DNA from: the human T2T-CHM13v2.0 reference genome, Homo sapiens
Direction: 5' to 3' (one strand)
DNA length: 64,000 nt
Assembly (NCBI RefSeq): GCF_009914755.1
Contig: NC_060936.1
Shown: positions 43,859 through 58,116 of the stretch, in pieces
How the letters are laid out: the number at the start of each line of letters is the position of its first letter
Position numbering within the stretch: position 1 is the stretch's first letter
Notes under the pieces: generated by a model
The model's input: the letters and a program-made list of their open reading frames with translations, nothing else
Databases searched by the model: none
Told to the model about the DNA's origin: nothing
Translations under genes and position numbers: made by a program

Positions 43859-44161
43859 TATTTTATTTTATTTTATTTTTTGAGACAGAGTCTTGTTCTT
43901 TTGCCCACGCTGAAGTGCAATGGCACGATCTTGGCTCACTGCAACCTCCACCTCCCAGGTTCAAGCAATTCTCTCCCACCTCTGCCTCCCAAGTAGCTGG
44001 GATTACAGGCACCCGCCATCATGCCTGGCTAATTATTGTATTTTTGTAGAGACAGGGCACCATGTTGGCCAGGCTAGTCTTGAACTCCTGACCTCAGGTG
44101 ATCCACCCGCCTCAGCCTCCTAAAGTGCCGGGAATACAGATGTGAGCCACCGCGCCTGGCC
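43859..44161 (-). mobile_element. Alu (AluS-like)
   Basis: (TTTTA)n tail, full dimer; flanked by aacctgggc. Confidence 0.92.
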
Positions 44162-44176
44162 AACCTGGGCATTTTT

Positions 44177-45262
44177 TGACAAGAGATTAATAACCAGAAT
44201 ATATAAGGAGCTAAAACAACTCAACAGACAAAAAAAAAATTAATAATCTGATTTAAAAATGAGTAAAAGATCTGAATACAAATTTCTCAAAAGAAGACAT
44301 ACAAATGGCAAACAAATATATAAAAAAATGCTTAACATCATTAATCATCAGAGAAATGCCAACCAAAACTACAATAAGATATCATCTCACCCCGTTTAAA
44401 ATGACTATTATCCAAAAGAAAGGCAATAACAAATGCTGATGAAGATGTGGAGAAAGGGGAACCCTCACATGGTTGGTAGGAATGTAAATTAGTGCAGCCA
44501 CTATAGAGAACAGTATGGCGGTTCCTCAAAAAACTAAAAATAGAGCTACCATATGATCCGGCAATCCTACTGCTAGGTATACACCCAAAAGGAAGGAAAT
44601 CAGTATATGGAAGAGGTACCTGCATTCCCATGTTTATTACAGCACTACACACAATAGCCAAGATTTGGAATCAACCTAAGTATACATCAACAGATGAATG
44701 GATAAAGAAAATGTAGTACCTGTTCACAGTGGAATATTATTCAGCCATAAAAAAGAACGAGATCCTGTCATTTGCAACAATATGGATAAAACTGGAGGAC
44801 ATTATGTTAAGTGAAATAAGCCAGGCACAGAATGACAAATTTCACATGTTCTCACTCATATGTGGGAGCTAAAAATTAAAACAATTGAACTTATGAAGCT
44901 AGGGAGTAGAAGGATAGTTACCAGAGGCTAGGAAGGGTGACAGGGAGGGAGAGAAAAGGTGGAGGTGATTAATGGGTACAAAAATATAGTTTGATAGAAG
45001 GAGTAAGATCTAGAATTTGATAGCCCAACAGGGTAATACACAGTTAACAACAATTTATTGTATATTTTAAAATAACTAAAAGAGTAGAATTGGAATGTTC
45101 CTAATACAAAGAAATGATAAATGCCTGAGGTGACCAATATCCCAAATACCCTATGTGATTATTACACATTGTATGCCTGCATCAAGACATCACACGTGCC
45201 CCATAAGTGTATACGTATACTATGTGTCCATAAAAATTAAAAAGTTTAAGAAAGAAATAAAG
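44177..45262 (+). mobile_element. 5'-truncated L1MA (L1MA3-like)
   Basis: ORF2 C-terminus plus L1MA-type 3'UTR; TSD acctgggcattttt at 44163-44176 and 45263-45276. Confidence 0.88.
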
Positions 45263-46287
45263 ACCTGGGCATTTTTAGAAAGCAAAATGATAAACGTGTA
45301 ATCATTGCTTCTCAACTGCTGTCAGAGGCTAGTTACCAGCTGTTCCTGGACTAGAAATCATTGTGATTTGGCCACACCTCTAGACACTTTCACACCAGTA
45401 AGGACAAGCATCCTGAGACATGAGCACACCAGGATTTTGTCCCAACTGACATAGAAAATACAAAACACCAATGTATGGATGCCAGGATTTTGAGGCTATG
45501 ATTGCTATTTTGATATTAGAACACTACACAGAGCACCCATTCTGTTACACTAGTTAAAATCAGTAGAAAATAAATTCGTAACTTTCAGTTTTCAGATATG
45601 TGCTTAATACTTAATTTTCCTCCTCCCACTAGACCATAAAAAAGATGTTATCTAAAGTATTAAAGGTCAAAGAAAAGGTCCTCTAAATACACCAGACTCT
45701 TTAATGGATGAGACGGCACCTGGCATTTAAAGCTGCATTCTCTAGAGACAGGATGAAAGAGAGTCTTTCAAATCTTTTCAAGGAATGATTTGCTTTCTAC
45801 TTCTCCATTTTTAATTAATTCGTGTATATATTGAAGTCTTGGATCCTCACTAAGGTTAATGAACAATCTAATTCTTAAAAATCTAATCATTTGAATGCAT
45901 CAAATGGTACATGTTTTAATTATAGAAATTAACAAAGAAAACTAGTAATATACATGTACATCATGTCAGTTTTCTACAGCACATCAGTAGATTTGCTTGA
46001 AAAGTGAACAGGGGAAAAGAGCCACTAACATAAGAGAATTTTAATCCTAATTTCTTATCTTTTATAGGATATCTAGTTAGGCTTTTGTAATTTTTATTTT
46101 AGACAAGATTCTCTACCTTACTAATGATTTTTGCTTCAATGAGTTGCTTTTCAAAAGGGTTACTTTAAAACATTTATGCTATAAACAGACTGTAAATTGC
46201 AAAGCTGTATTTCATCTAGTTGAGCACTAAATAATGTGTTAGATACTTAAAAAAGTAAAAATAATCCCTGTTTATCACATAAAATTA

Positions 46288-46563
46288 GGCAGGGCACAGT
46301 GGCTCATGCCTATAATCCCAGGGCTTTGGGAGGCCGAGGCAGGCGCTTGAGTCCAGGAGTCTGAGACCAGCCTGGCCAACATGGCAAAACCCCTTCTCTA
46401 CTGAAAATATAAAACATAGCCAGGCATGGTGGTGTGAACCTGTAGTCCCAGCTACTCAGGAGGCTGAAGCAAGAGGATTGCTTGAACCTGGGAGGCATAG
46501 GTTGAGTGCATCACGGCACTCCAGCCTGGGCAACAGGGCAAGAATCTGTCTCAAAAACAAAAA
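46288..46563 (+). mobile_element. Alu (AluJ-like)
   Basis: Dimeric Alu; aaaattag on both sides. Confidence 0.9.
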
Positions 46564-47503
46564 TTAGTCATGCCAGCATCACTTACCCTGTGCTTACCAT
46601 AAACCACAACTTCTGCAAGCACTTTGCCTAATTTAATTCTAATAAGTTAAGAGAATTAGAAATATATTTGATTATCCCCATTTTCCAGAAGAAGAAATTG
46701 GAGTGTAGTGTGATTAATTTGCCCAATATGTCTCCAAATGCGTCTCATATACAAATCCTGAAATCTCCTTCTCCCCATCCTCTATCCATTCACAAAATAG
46801 TCATCAAATGCTAAGTGCCCAGCACAGTTCCATGAATGGAAATTTTCATACATCTGGAAAAGACTAGCTTCAAAATTATTTTTCAATTAGATAACCAAAC
46901 TTTAATTAAAACATTTGTAAAACTTCCATGATGTTATTTCTACCTATCCTTCATATCTTCTGACATCCTTCATATCTGTCTGTCAACATACTTTTAGTGG
47001 ATAAAGAAAAAGCTTTTGTACGTTTTTACCATTTTATTGACAGTTTTACGAAGAAAACATTTTCCTTCCCAATGATTTGAATAATAAAAGCCACCCACAG
47101 TGAAAGAGGCCACTGCAGATGAACCCAAAGCTAGCTAGGCTATATGACACAGGCAATGAACTGATCATATCTATGATGCGGACATTCTGAAAGGGTGAAG
47201 CTAAATAGAAAATTTTAGGCCACATCACATACATATGCAAATCAGATGCCCCATTCCAGTTAGCCTTCCAGTAAAACAACTGCAGAGTTTTTGTTGTTAT
47301 TATCGTTGTTGTCTTCATTTGTAATACTTTGACTAACATTTACATTTTAAAAATAATTTATATGCCAATCCAGAATACTAGAGGCAACAATCAAATTTGT
47401 GTAATGACTGTTCCTGCAAATACGATGTCTTGTGGCGAACCCAACTGCCTCTTTCACTAATTCAGAGTCAGAAACTTAATACCACTTTATCCATTAGTCT
47501 TAC

Positions 47504-47599
47504 CTCTGCAGCTAAATAGTTTCCAGTTGCAAGATGCTTAAATCTGAACAAGCTGTTCCACTGTCCTGCACCCCCACGGCATGGGTCATGATGAACCAC
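47504..47599 (-). CDS. ITPR2: ITPR2 exon 9 (96 nt): [32 protein letters not shown]
   Basis: AG 47601-47600, GTAAGA donor from 47503; MIR-domain motif FRFKHLATG. Confidence 0.97.
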
Positions 47600-47899
47600 C
47601 TACAAAGAGAGCAACGATAGTAATGGCAAAACAATATTTATGTTCCTGGCAAGCAAACACCAACAGTTTACATGCCTGCCCTCCTGTTAATACTGATCTG
47701 TCAAACCTAATATATGTTTCCATGAGAGCATAATGTGGCAGAAAAACAAAATTCCCCATAAATGAGCAAGAGAAATGTTATAACAGTTGTTAACTCGTGC
47801 ATGCATGACACTTGTGCCTTACATCTGCAAACACAGCTTTACTCAGAAAGACATGTTTCCAAGACCAAAGTGGAAATACTGAGATTTTCTTCCCTTTGT

Positions 47900-48220
47900 T
47901 TTTCAAACATTTACTTGGCAGCTTGCATTAAGAGCCCACTATGTGCCAAGTACCTTCAAGAGAAGAGAAACACAGCAGTGGATAAAGCTAGAGCTTCCAT
48001 TCTAATGGAAAAGAGAGAGCCAGCGAACAAAGAAATAAGTAAGATTTGACAAGTGCCAGAAACAACACAGGGGAAGTACATGATTGAGTAACTAGGGAAG
48101 GCAACTTTAGATATGACCATCATGAGTATGGGCCACTTTGAGATGTCATGTGAGCTGAAACCTGGAGGATGAGAAAGACAGCCACGTAGATTGGAAGAGA
48201 GAATCACAAACGTCAAGGCC
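47900..48220 (-). mobile_element. L2 fragment
   Basis: tcaaacatttacttg...actatgtgccaagtac...cacagcagtggataa...tgagctgaaacctggaggatgaga. Confidence 0.65.
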
Positions 48221-48379
48221 TAAGGTCTAAACTACTTAATTCTTAGCCCTTTCCATGCATGCTTTTTATTGACAGCATGTCTTTTGATACCTGTCTCTGA
48301 ATTGACCTTGCCCAGATGCTGAGCCCCTAGGCTCACTGGGAATGAATGCAGTAGAAGCTCTGACACACCTGGTTATGAC

Positions 48380-48580
48380 AGGCGGGATGGGCAGCAGAAA
48401 AGCTCGGGTTTTACACTCCAATTCAGGCATGTGAGTCTCAGGTCCACCAATTACTGGGGTATGACCACAGAAAGGAATTTAACATCTTTGAGCCTTATTT
48501 CTTCGTGTACAAAATGGGTTGATTCACAGGATTGTTGTGAAGATGAAATATCATAAGGCATATCACAATGCTAGGATAAC
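48380..48580 (+). mobile_element. MIR
   Basis: atttaacatctttgagccttatttcttcgtgtacaaaatggg...cacaggattgttgtgaagatgaaat. Confidence 0.7.
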
Positions 48581-48963
48581 TTTCATGACTCTCCCTCAGC
48601 ACATTACGTTCTTTTTGCTAGTACTGACCACCCTTTGGCTCCTGCTGCAACCACGAATTCTGTGTGTTAACATACTTGACTTGCTAATGCCTTTTGCTAG
48701 ACTCCAGCAACTGTCTTCCCATACTCTCATAACTCAGATAAGATAATAATTATGAAAATACTTCAAAGTCCTTGAGGTCTTACAAAACACTCCCTCTGTG
48801 GCCAAAAGCCCACCTATCCTTCAAATTCTCACATCACATTTCTTCCACAAATCCTTTGCTAATCACACTGGCCACTGTGATCTTGTCAGTGTTTGAACTC
48901 TTAAACCTTTGAGGGAGGCAGAGATATCTGCGAGAATGTGATAAAATCTAATGTTTGTCTCAA

Positions 48964-48965
<2 letters not shown>

Positions 48966-49004
<39 letters not shown>
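48966..49004. repeat. (AC)19 microsatellite
   Basis: Read directly from the sequence. Confidence 0.97.
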
Positions 49005-49006
<2 letters not shown>

Positions 49007-51627
49007 TTTGTGGTTTGTATATAAATGCTAAGGTTAACAAATGATCTGAAGATCCCAGACTAAGAACTACTCTCCTATACATCAGTGGGTCTGGCAAGGG
49101 CAGTACGGCTCCCTAGAGGGGATATTCTAGAGATTTGGAAGGGAGGGTGTTTTTGTTTATCACAATGATTTTGGAGGGATGCTATTGGCATTTAATATGC
49201 AGTGACCAAGATATTATCTATGCTGCAATTTACAGGGAATTCCAGAATGTGATCAACACTGTGTGTGGCCCTCAGGACCAGCCCCACCCTGCTAAGTGCT
49301 CCCCTGCATCACAGGGGCTGAAAGCCTCACCCAGCGGGGCTCTGAGGACATTCCCGTTAGAATGGAAAGCAGAGGACAGTAGAAGAGAGACTCCTCTTTG
49401 GGCTGCAGTAACAGTGGGAGCAGCTGACTAGTGCCCGCTCCTACAAGGTGCATGGGTAAGGACCCCTCAGCATGTGAGCAGAGGCCTGCAGGCTCAGAGG
49501 AGGAGCAGTCATTGCATTGCTTATCTGCATTCAGATAAGCCCATGTCCCCCACTCCACATTTCCTCCCCAGCCCTTCCAATCATGTTGAATGTAATTTCC
49601 CTCTTCCTTGAAACACCTGATGCCCATGCTGGGTAAGCACAGTCCTCAGGCTTCCTCACAAAGCCCAACTGTGACAGCACACAATAGAGAAAAGTCCCTC
49701 AAATCTCAAATAGAAATAAGCCTACCACCGATATAAACTGGCAATACTTTAGTACATCAGCAGATAAAAACATTTTACATCAAGTTATATGAAATTCATT
49801 ACGGTGAGGGACGTTTAAATGAAGTAAAGACATCTCAAAATTATTAAACAATTTATTCGCTCCCTATTCTGGTCAATGTGTCACAGCATTTCCAACTATG
49901 CATTTTGATGGAAAGGGTTCACTGCAGTAGTACAGTTACAGCAAAAGCTATAAAACTAAAAGCAAAAATATGAGAGAATTTTCAAAACTCCTTTTAACAG
50001 ACTCAGAACCAATATTAAATAAGCAGAGACACATCAAATGCAGGTAACTCACTGTATTTCATTAACAGAGTTTTAAATAATATCTCATCTTATTGCTACC
50101 TCTATATTTTTTTAATTTTTAAAAACAGCAAAATATTAAGAACTTTATGGTGTGAAAATGCATGCTTTAATTATGTATTTATTTTAGGATTGCCTGTTAT
50201 TTTTCAGTTTTGCTCTTATGAATGAGGTAGACTTCTGGGAGGTGTTTCATGCAGCCTCGTGTATTATTAGCTTTAGTCATAGCTGTTTTCCCCAGAGCTT
50301 CTCAGTTCCATCACCTGTTGATGGTTGTGGTCTCCAAAGTCCATCTGCATGCTAGCGACTGAAATTATTCCTCAATATGTTGTGGAGTTTCAAGATAGAA
50401 GATAAGTTCTTTTGTACTATTTCATCTCGATTCTAAACCATGTCATAAACTTAGTTCTTTTTTAGTGTCATATTTATAAATAAGGCTCAGCTCATTTGCA
50501 GAGGCATCTTACTTCCTCATTTTCTGCATCTCGTCGGTAATTTGCCTAAAGTATTATCCCTACTTTGATTATGGTTATCTCTCCGTTTTTCAGTTTGTTC
50601 CGTTATTACGTCTCCTAACACTGGTTATCATTCAAGGGCCCACATTTACCTTTGCTTTTTCATTTTCCTGTACTTGTATGGGCTGTCTTCTGATCCACTT
50701 CTTTAACCACTTCTCTCAAATCCAAACATATCCATCCAAGATGGGCATAAATATTGTATCTTTTAGATAGTCATTCTCATGTTGAAATACATATTATTTT
50801 ATTATAAAGTATTTTCCTTTTATTTATTCTTTATGTTAGAATTTGAGCATTATACTAATTCTACCTATTAGTATATAAATAATATTACCTATAAATTTCA
50901 TTTTAGAATATTAAAGGGAGTGTCACAAAATATATGTTTTAAAATTGGGGGCAGGTGAAGAATTTGAAATGGTTGAGAATCACCGCTAGTGGTTTAGATG
51001 TTTAGTAAATCTCTTGTTCATAGGCAATTCTGTAGATCTTATCTCCTCCACATATAAAAAGATCCTTTAAGGAAAAATCCATAGATTACATTTCCTTAAT
51101 TACTCTACCATGTTCCACATTTAAGTGATACTTTTAAAAAGATGAATGAATTCTTAACTATGGGTCTCCTGATTCCAATAGAAATGGCATCTACAGAAGA
51201 AATAAACATTGTTCTCCTCAGGGACTGAGTAGTTCTGGCCTCAACCTTCCTCAAAGTGAGGCATCCTACTCCATCTTGACTCCAGTGCCATTTGAGTCAC
51301 ATGGTCTTCAGTCTAACTAGTCTTGACATTTCACAATTGATTTGTTAAAAGTAAGATCGTAATGTACCTTTTGTAAATGTGTGTGTGTGTGTGCACTTGA
51401 CAGAGAAGGAGAGAGAGAAAATGAGAGCTACCACAGAGAAGACAGGCTTAGGAAACAGTTTCCTTTCAAATTGGTCACAGCAATGAATAGGCACAAGTTG
51501 GTTCACAAAAATTATTCTATTTTATGATTCTATCATAAATGATGCCTATAACAATAAAACAACAAGCCCAGTGAATCTTCTCTTTTTGATCTAAATATTT
51601 ATTAAGTGCCAAAAAACATTTACATAC

Positions 51628-51774
51628 CTCTATTTCCCAGAGTGCTTTAGAACTAGTAGCAGAAGTAGCTGATTGGCGCAAGGTCGTACGAAGGAAAATG
51701 TGCTGTTTTTTCTCATATTCATCACAAGTCAAAAACTTCTCTTGTTCCGCATGAAATAATCTAACAACGTCCCC
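51628..51774 (-). CDS. ITPR2: ITPR2 exon 8 (147 nt): [49 protein letters not shown]
   Basis: AG 51776-51775, GTATGT donor from 51627; contains the LRTTLRQ IP3-contact motif. Confidence 0.97.
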
Positions 51775-52080
51775 CTAGCAAAAAGGTCAAGAGACATCTG
51801 AACAAACAGATGTGAGAAGCAGGTGTCTCTTTCTGGTTTTGCTACTCTGGGCCCTTCTACTAGCTATTTGACTTTTAAAGCTTATTTAAATTTATTTAAT
51901 GCTTATTTAAACATTTAAAAATGTGGGGGGGAAATTCAGTAAAACACTTAGAGTAAGTATTAACATGTGTAGTCACATTCTAAATTATGAACACCAGTGA
52001 ATACATAGGTTTTGCATCTAGAATTTCAGTAAGACTACCATCATTTCTCCCAGCAAATGTCCTGTGTAGCACATACTTAC

Positions 52081-52164
52081 TCCTTTTAATACATCCTCTC
52101 GATAGGAACTATATTTCATGAATAAAGTGATTTTCCAGCTGGTGTTGCAATTGACAGCATTCAC
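52081..52164 (-). CDS. ITPR2: ITPR2 exon 7 (84 nt): [28 protein letters not shown]
   Basis: AG 52166-52165, GTAAGT donor from 52080. Confidence 0.97.
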
Positions 52165-52472
52165 CTATTAATGAAGAAACGTTCAAAGTTATAAGACTAC
52201 AGATTCCATTCTCTACCAGAAATTATTAGTTCAACTAGTAAAAGGAAATTAAAGACAATTTTGGATAATGAAGTATATAGCTCAATACAAGTATCTTTGA
52301 GAGACCATCCAAAAATAGCAATAACTAATCACAGCTATATGTACCTTAGGGATATTAATTAGAATAACTGGGATTATGCTCATGAAAACAATGAAAGAAA
52401 CTATATTACTTTTTTCTCCCTCTGTCTCATGAGAAAAATGAACACATTCATTCCTTTTCCACTTGAACTTAC

Positions 52473-52571
52473 CTCTTTACACCCTGGGTTATCAAGAAGC
52501 TCTATGTTGCTGGCATGTAGTGGCTGCCCTGCATTCACAGGCATCAAAACAACTTTATCTCCTACAACAAT
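52473..52571 (-). CDS. ITPR2: ITPR2 exon 6 (99 nt): [33 protein letters not shown]
   Basis: AG 52573-52572, GTAAGT donor from 52472. Confidence 0.97.
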
Positions 52572-54377
52572 CTAGGAAGCAGAAATAAATCACAATTGAG
52601 ACACTGCATGGATCTTTGGTGCTATATTCGAAGCTAGAAATAACTGCACAGGAGTCCCCATTATTGATCTGACATCTGGTCCTTTTATCCTTCACACAAA
52701 TTTTCATACAATCCTTTTTCTCTTTGAGGTAAAATATCTTCTAATAAATGATCATATAACCATGTCCCATAGTGCCTATCAGTCTGGATTCATAAAGCTA
52801 GTGTGGATCTTTTTCATATTCATCTCCCATTTCAGTTAGAGCTTCCTTAAAGTCAATAAATAGGCCATTATCCCTCCCCACGAGGTCTTATGCCATAAGC
52901 ACAACAGAAAGAGTAAATGCATCTGTCACCACAAAAAAGTAATCTATCCAAATATTAGAACCACTGCAAAAGCAAGCAGAAAATGTTATACACTTGTATT
53001 ATCTTTTATAAGAGATGAGTAAATTTGATCTTCCCATAGTCTCAGAAGTGTATTAAAAATTCTAATGTCAGCTCGATTCAGGAAATGCAGAATTAGGTAT
53101 GACCTTGTAGAAATATGTTTTGTGTTTGAGCCTTGGGCATCCAATTCACTCATATCTTAAATATATTAAACTAATATTGCTCCTTAAACCTGATGTTCAT
53201 TTTTAAATAAAAACTAAAATTGATTCTTGGAAAAGTGCTCTACAGAAGTAACTCTAATTGATTTTTTAATGTATGTTATTGTAGCAATATCCACCTTCTC
53301 TTTAAGTATTTTTATTCATAACTCAAATTGTGGGGAATCAAAGTTATCCTTTCTTCATGATAACAATGAACAGTTTAATTTCCATTATTAAAGTTACTTA
53401 CATTGCTGAATTTATTTAGAAGACATATTATTATAGTAAATAAAATCTCACTTAAAGAATTGATCACTGTCTCAAAAATGAAAACCAAAACCCTCCCTTT
53501 GTATATTTTATACCAAGTAAATATTAGAATAAATTAGTTTGATAGATAAATGATAAAACAAATCAGGATTCAGTCGATATGAATAAACAGAACTTCTCCA
53601 TGTAGTGTATCTTAATCTAAGCCCAAACTTTAAAAAACATAATTTCATATTTTCAATATCAGATATCCTCATATGGATGATACGGAGGAGTCCATGCTCA
53701 CATATGGTACTGTTGTCACAAACTATATCTGGCGATTGAAATATAATAGAGAAGCCTCAAGCTCACCAACCAAACAAAGAAAGGTTGTGCTTTGGTTTGT
53801 GGAAACAACTCCTGCTGTTTACAGGACTGGTCTCTACTCATCACGTCCATAAGAAGTCAGATGCTGTAACTCACAAAGATTCATCATAGAAGCTCTCTAT
53901 ATACAGTTAAGGAAAGATCATTAAGGAGCAGTATTAAGTGAAAAGATGAATAGGCAGAGCAAGGCATGTAGTATGCTATCATTCGTGTACAAATGTGAGG
54001 GAGGGAATAGGAGGATCTGCATAAATAAATCTCTCCAGTGCATACCTGAGGAAGAAGAAGAGTAGAAATCGGACAGATGGAATAAAAAGAGTAGAAGAGA
54101 GATTTTTCACAATATATCTTTACATTGTTTTCTATCTTTGAACCATGAATTGGTATCCCTTTTAAAAATTAAATTATGAGCAAAAACAAATGAAAGTCAA
54201 CATGACATAAGCATATTCCCAATCCCCATTCTCCCTAGGAAAACACGTGCTGTTGCACATGACAGCAAGGCAGCTCCAAGTCACAGAGCCATGTAGAGGC
54301 CTGAGTCATCATCCATACTCTAAAGTACTGGGAGCTTGATGCCACATTTTGCCAGTGCTGCATCTGTTCTTCCAATT

Positions 54378-54595
54378 ACATTTTTTTCTTTATTTCTTCT
54401 AAAAAACAAAAACAAAAACAAAAAAACAAAACAGAATACATGTGCAGAACGTGCAGGTTTGTTACATAGGTATACATGTGCCCTGATGGCTTACTGCACC
54501 TATTGACCCATCCTCTAAGTTCCCTCCCCTCACCCCCCACCCCCTGACAGGCTCTGGTGTGTGTTGTTCCCCTCTCTGTGTCCATGTGTTCTCAA
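54378..54595 (-). mobile_element. Short 3' fragment of an older L1PA (L1PA12/13-like)
   Basis: gaatacatgtgcagaacgtgcaggtttgttacataggtatac...; TSD cttccaatt at 54369-54377 and 54596-54604. Confidence 0.85.
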
Positions 54596-54833
54596 CTTCC
54601 AATTTCTTAAAGAACAACTGGATTTGGTTTACTATTTGATTCTCATCTGTGCCATATAAATCCTAGCCAATAAGTTACTAAATATAATGACATATTTTAA
54701 CTATGTCCTTCCAATTCAAGAATACTTTTGGTTGCACCTACATTCGCTGCTCTAAGTCTTGCTATTTTACTATAGTTGTCTGTAAGCTTTGGGTCAATCC
54801 GTATATTTACTTCAAAATACCACCCATAAAACT

Positions 54834-55236
<403 letters not shown>

Positions 55237-55936
55237 TAACATTGTATATATTAAGAGACCAATCATATAGCCAAAATGTTCCTTGGTATCTGTGAAACAG
55301 CTTCCAGTGGTTCATTAAAAAATGGTATTCATAAGTAGAATCTAACATTAATTCAGTAATTTTCAGATCCTCATTCTTATTCTTGACAATGATTACCTTG
55401 CCTAACCAAGCTGAATAAAACTTGCAAGTGAAATGGATAAACTACCAATCATGTGAAATAAAAAGAATATTAAGAAGTTCCAGGGAGAAAACAAAAAGGT
55501 CTAAGAAATAGTCCCTATTCTCACAGAATTCATACCTAATTAGATAACTTAGCAAATATGAAATATGGTAATATTTTCAAAATAGTGAAGCTCAGGACGT
55601 GATTCACAGATGGGGTCAGGTGCTTTCTGAGAAGCTATGTATTTAATATAGAACTTGAGGGTGAAGTCATTTTCTGCCACATCCTAGGATAAGCCATCAC
55701 ATTCACTCTAGTACACAAACATGTTTTTTATAAATTGCAATTCCAAAAGCACTTCTGTTGATTCTATGTAAGAGCCATGTAAGATTCAAGCTGAGATTTC
55801 GCTGAAAATAAAGAGGGATATAACATCACTAGCAGCTACCCTTCTTTTGAAGTGGCACCTGGTATGGTGAAAAGAACATCACAATAGGAATCTAAACGCC
55901 AGGGTTCTAGTTCCACCGCAGCTAGAAATTCAACAC

Positions 55937-56110
55937 TTTTTTTTATTACACTTTAAGTTTTAGGGTACATGTGCACAACGTGCAGGTTTGTTACATATGT
56001 ATACATGTGTCATGTTGGTGTGCTGCACCCATTAACTCGTCATTTAGCATTAGGTATATCTCCTAATGCTATCCCTCCCCGCTCTCCCCACCCCACAACA
56101 GTCCCTGGTG
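55937..56110 (-). mobile_element. Short 3' fragment of L1PA (L1PA4-like)
   Basis: actttaagttttagggtacatgtgcacaacgtgcagg...cattaactcgtcatttagcattaggtatatctcctaatgc; acacttttt on both sides. Confidence 0.88.
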
Positions 56111-57614
56111 GGCACACACTTTTTCTAAAACGCAAAGTCTACTTGCTGTTTGAAGAGTTTCTTTTTTCAAGAGTTAAAATTTTCTCTTCATTTAAAGAAT
56201 ATCTGACCTTTATTCCCTTTTAAAATCTACCATAAAAGTAAAGAACCCAAGTTTTCTTAGATCAAAATTGAAAATGAAAAATTAACTATTCAACCATGGG
56301 AAGATACATAAAGATAAAAAAATAAGGAAAGAAAAATGAAATATTTATGTTCTCTGCTCATAGCTGTCCCTAGTGACTTTGCAGTTCAACTGCAACCAAG
56401 GGCTTTGTATACAGCTGAAAGTACAGGGATCCATGAGTCTATTTCTTCCCCAAAACCATCCATCCCACAATTCCATAAGCTATATCATAAAGTTGCCCTT
56501 AAGTAATAGGAACTATTACCTTTTGAAGATAGGGTTTCCTTTCTCCCAGACTATCGTCAGCCTATTTATTGCATTTCATTTGGGTAACAGAACATCTTGT
56601 TGGATGTTAAAACCTCATCTTAAAATATCATCTTAAAACCTCATCTATTGTTAAATAGTAAAATATCATTTTAAAAGTCCTCTAAACATTGCAATTTCCT
56701 TTTTCTAATTTAATGTGTTTTTAAAGAAAATCAGTAGTAGTTGAACCACTGGTTATGAAGTGACCGTATTTCCAATTGCCTTCCACACAGTCGGTTTATA
56801 TTTTAGAAATACGCTACCTATTTTAGGGAAAAAAATGAGTATTACAATACAATTATTTATGTGACCAATATAGGGTTGTGGGTGTGCTTATGCTTTCAGC
56901 AACCTTAATTACACACAAAAGCTACACAGTGGCAAACAAAAACGGTGAGCTGTTTCAGCAAAAAGCAGTGTGGAAAGTTGTTTCAGCCATGCTTTCTGAA
57001 GCACATCCAGATAAGAACTCCTGTATTGCACTTAACAATTACATTGTCCATTTTCACCAAGATTGAGTGTTTGGGTGGTAGGTTTTGTTTTGTTTTGGTT
57101 TTCCAGTACAACTAATTATTTGAAATAGTTCATTACATTCAACTCTCTGTTGACTGTGTAAAGGCAGCAAGGAAAAGAATAGATAAAATGAATAAATAAG
57201 CAGATAGGATGAATTAATATAATCCACGGCTAATTTAAAAACTCCAATTCATTCAATTATTTCATCACATTCCTTCCGAGCTTGAGCTCAGGTTTTGTTT
57301 GTTTTCATATTTAATTTTCATGGACCTCCTGTAGACAGGGATACTATTCAGTGGAGGGCTGGGGATGGGAACAAGCATTGCAAGAAAGAGCCTCAAAGGC
57401 ACAGGTTGTTCATAAACTACATAATCAGTCCCTGAACAATTGAGAGTTGATTGTAATGAACTATTTAATGAAACTAAAATGTGTATCATGCTCACAGCAC
57501 ACATCACCTGATGTCAAAAGAAAAAAAAGTAGGGTTTTTTTTTTAAGAAATCCAACCAACACAAGACTTAAAGTGCATCACATTCCTGCATGCCATGCTT
57601 CTACCAAACCTTAC

Positions 57615-57671
57615 CAAAGGAAGATATCACCAGATAATTTATTAACCAAATTAAATCCAGAAGCTTGCATC
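57615..57671 (-). CDS. ITPR2: ITPR2 alternative stop-containing exon of the truncated muscle isoform TIPR (57 nt; codes DASFWI*, stop at 57653-57651)
   Basis: Minus strand reads ccacAG|GAT GCA AGC TTC TGG ATT TAA ... CTTTG|GTAAGG. DASFWI is the six-residue tail I recall for the short ITPR2 isoform (175 N-terminal residues + 6), and exon 5 ends at codon 175. Confidence 0.88.
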
Positions 57672-58116
57672 CTGTGGAATTGAATTTGTATTTCAAAATT
57701 CACTGGAAAAATTAGATTCACGATAAAGACATTCCTAAGACAAGAAATATCCAAAACACATTTAAAATGTAATCAAAGTTTCAACTGAAAAAACTCTCTC
57801 AGAATAATTATACTTTTATATTGCTTCGAATTCATGTTAATTTTTTTAAATCTTAACTATTGATCCCCTGATGCAATACTTGCAGGTATTTATGAAACTT
57901 ATTCAGCGCTCAGTGTCTAGCAGCATTTCCTGAGCATCGTCCATGTGCTAAGGACTATCACGCAGTATTTTATTTATTACATGCAAAAATATCACACTCT
58001 AGATCCTATTGACTATTTCTCATAATTTATTCTCTATTTTATAAAGTAGCAGAAAATATTTCAGCAACTACTAAAATTTATGTGCAATACACACATATTC
58101 CACAACATTAAAAAAA

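Noticed and set aside
49260-49690. GC-richer stretch resembling an old ERVL-type LTR
   Set aside because: Could not match termini or a consensus with enough confidence to call.
56607-56645. Three 13-bp tandem units (ttaaaa(cc/ta)tcatc); similar small tandems near 46946 and 39869
   Set aside because: Ordinary slippage duplications with no spacers; not CRISPR-like and no functional hint.
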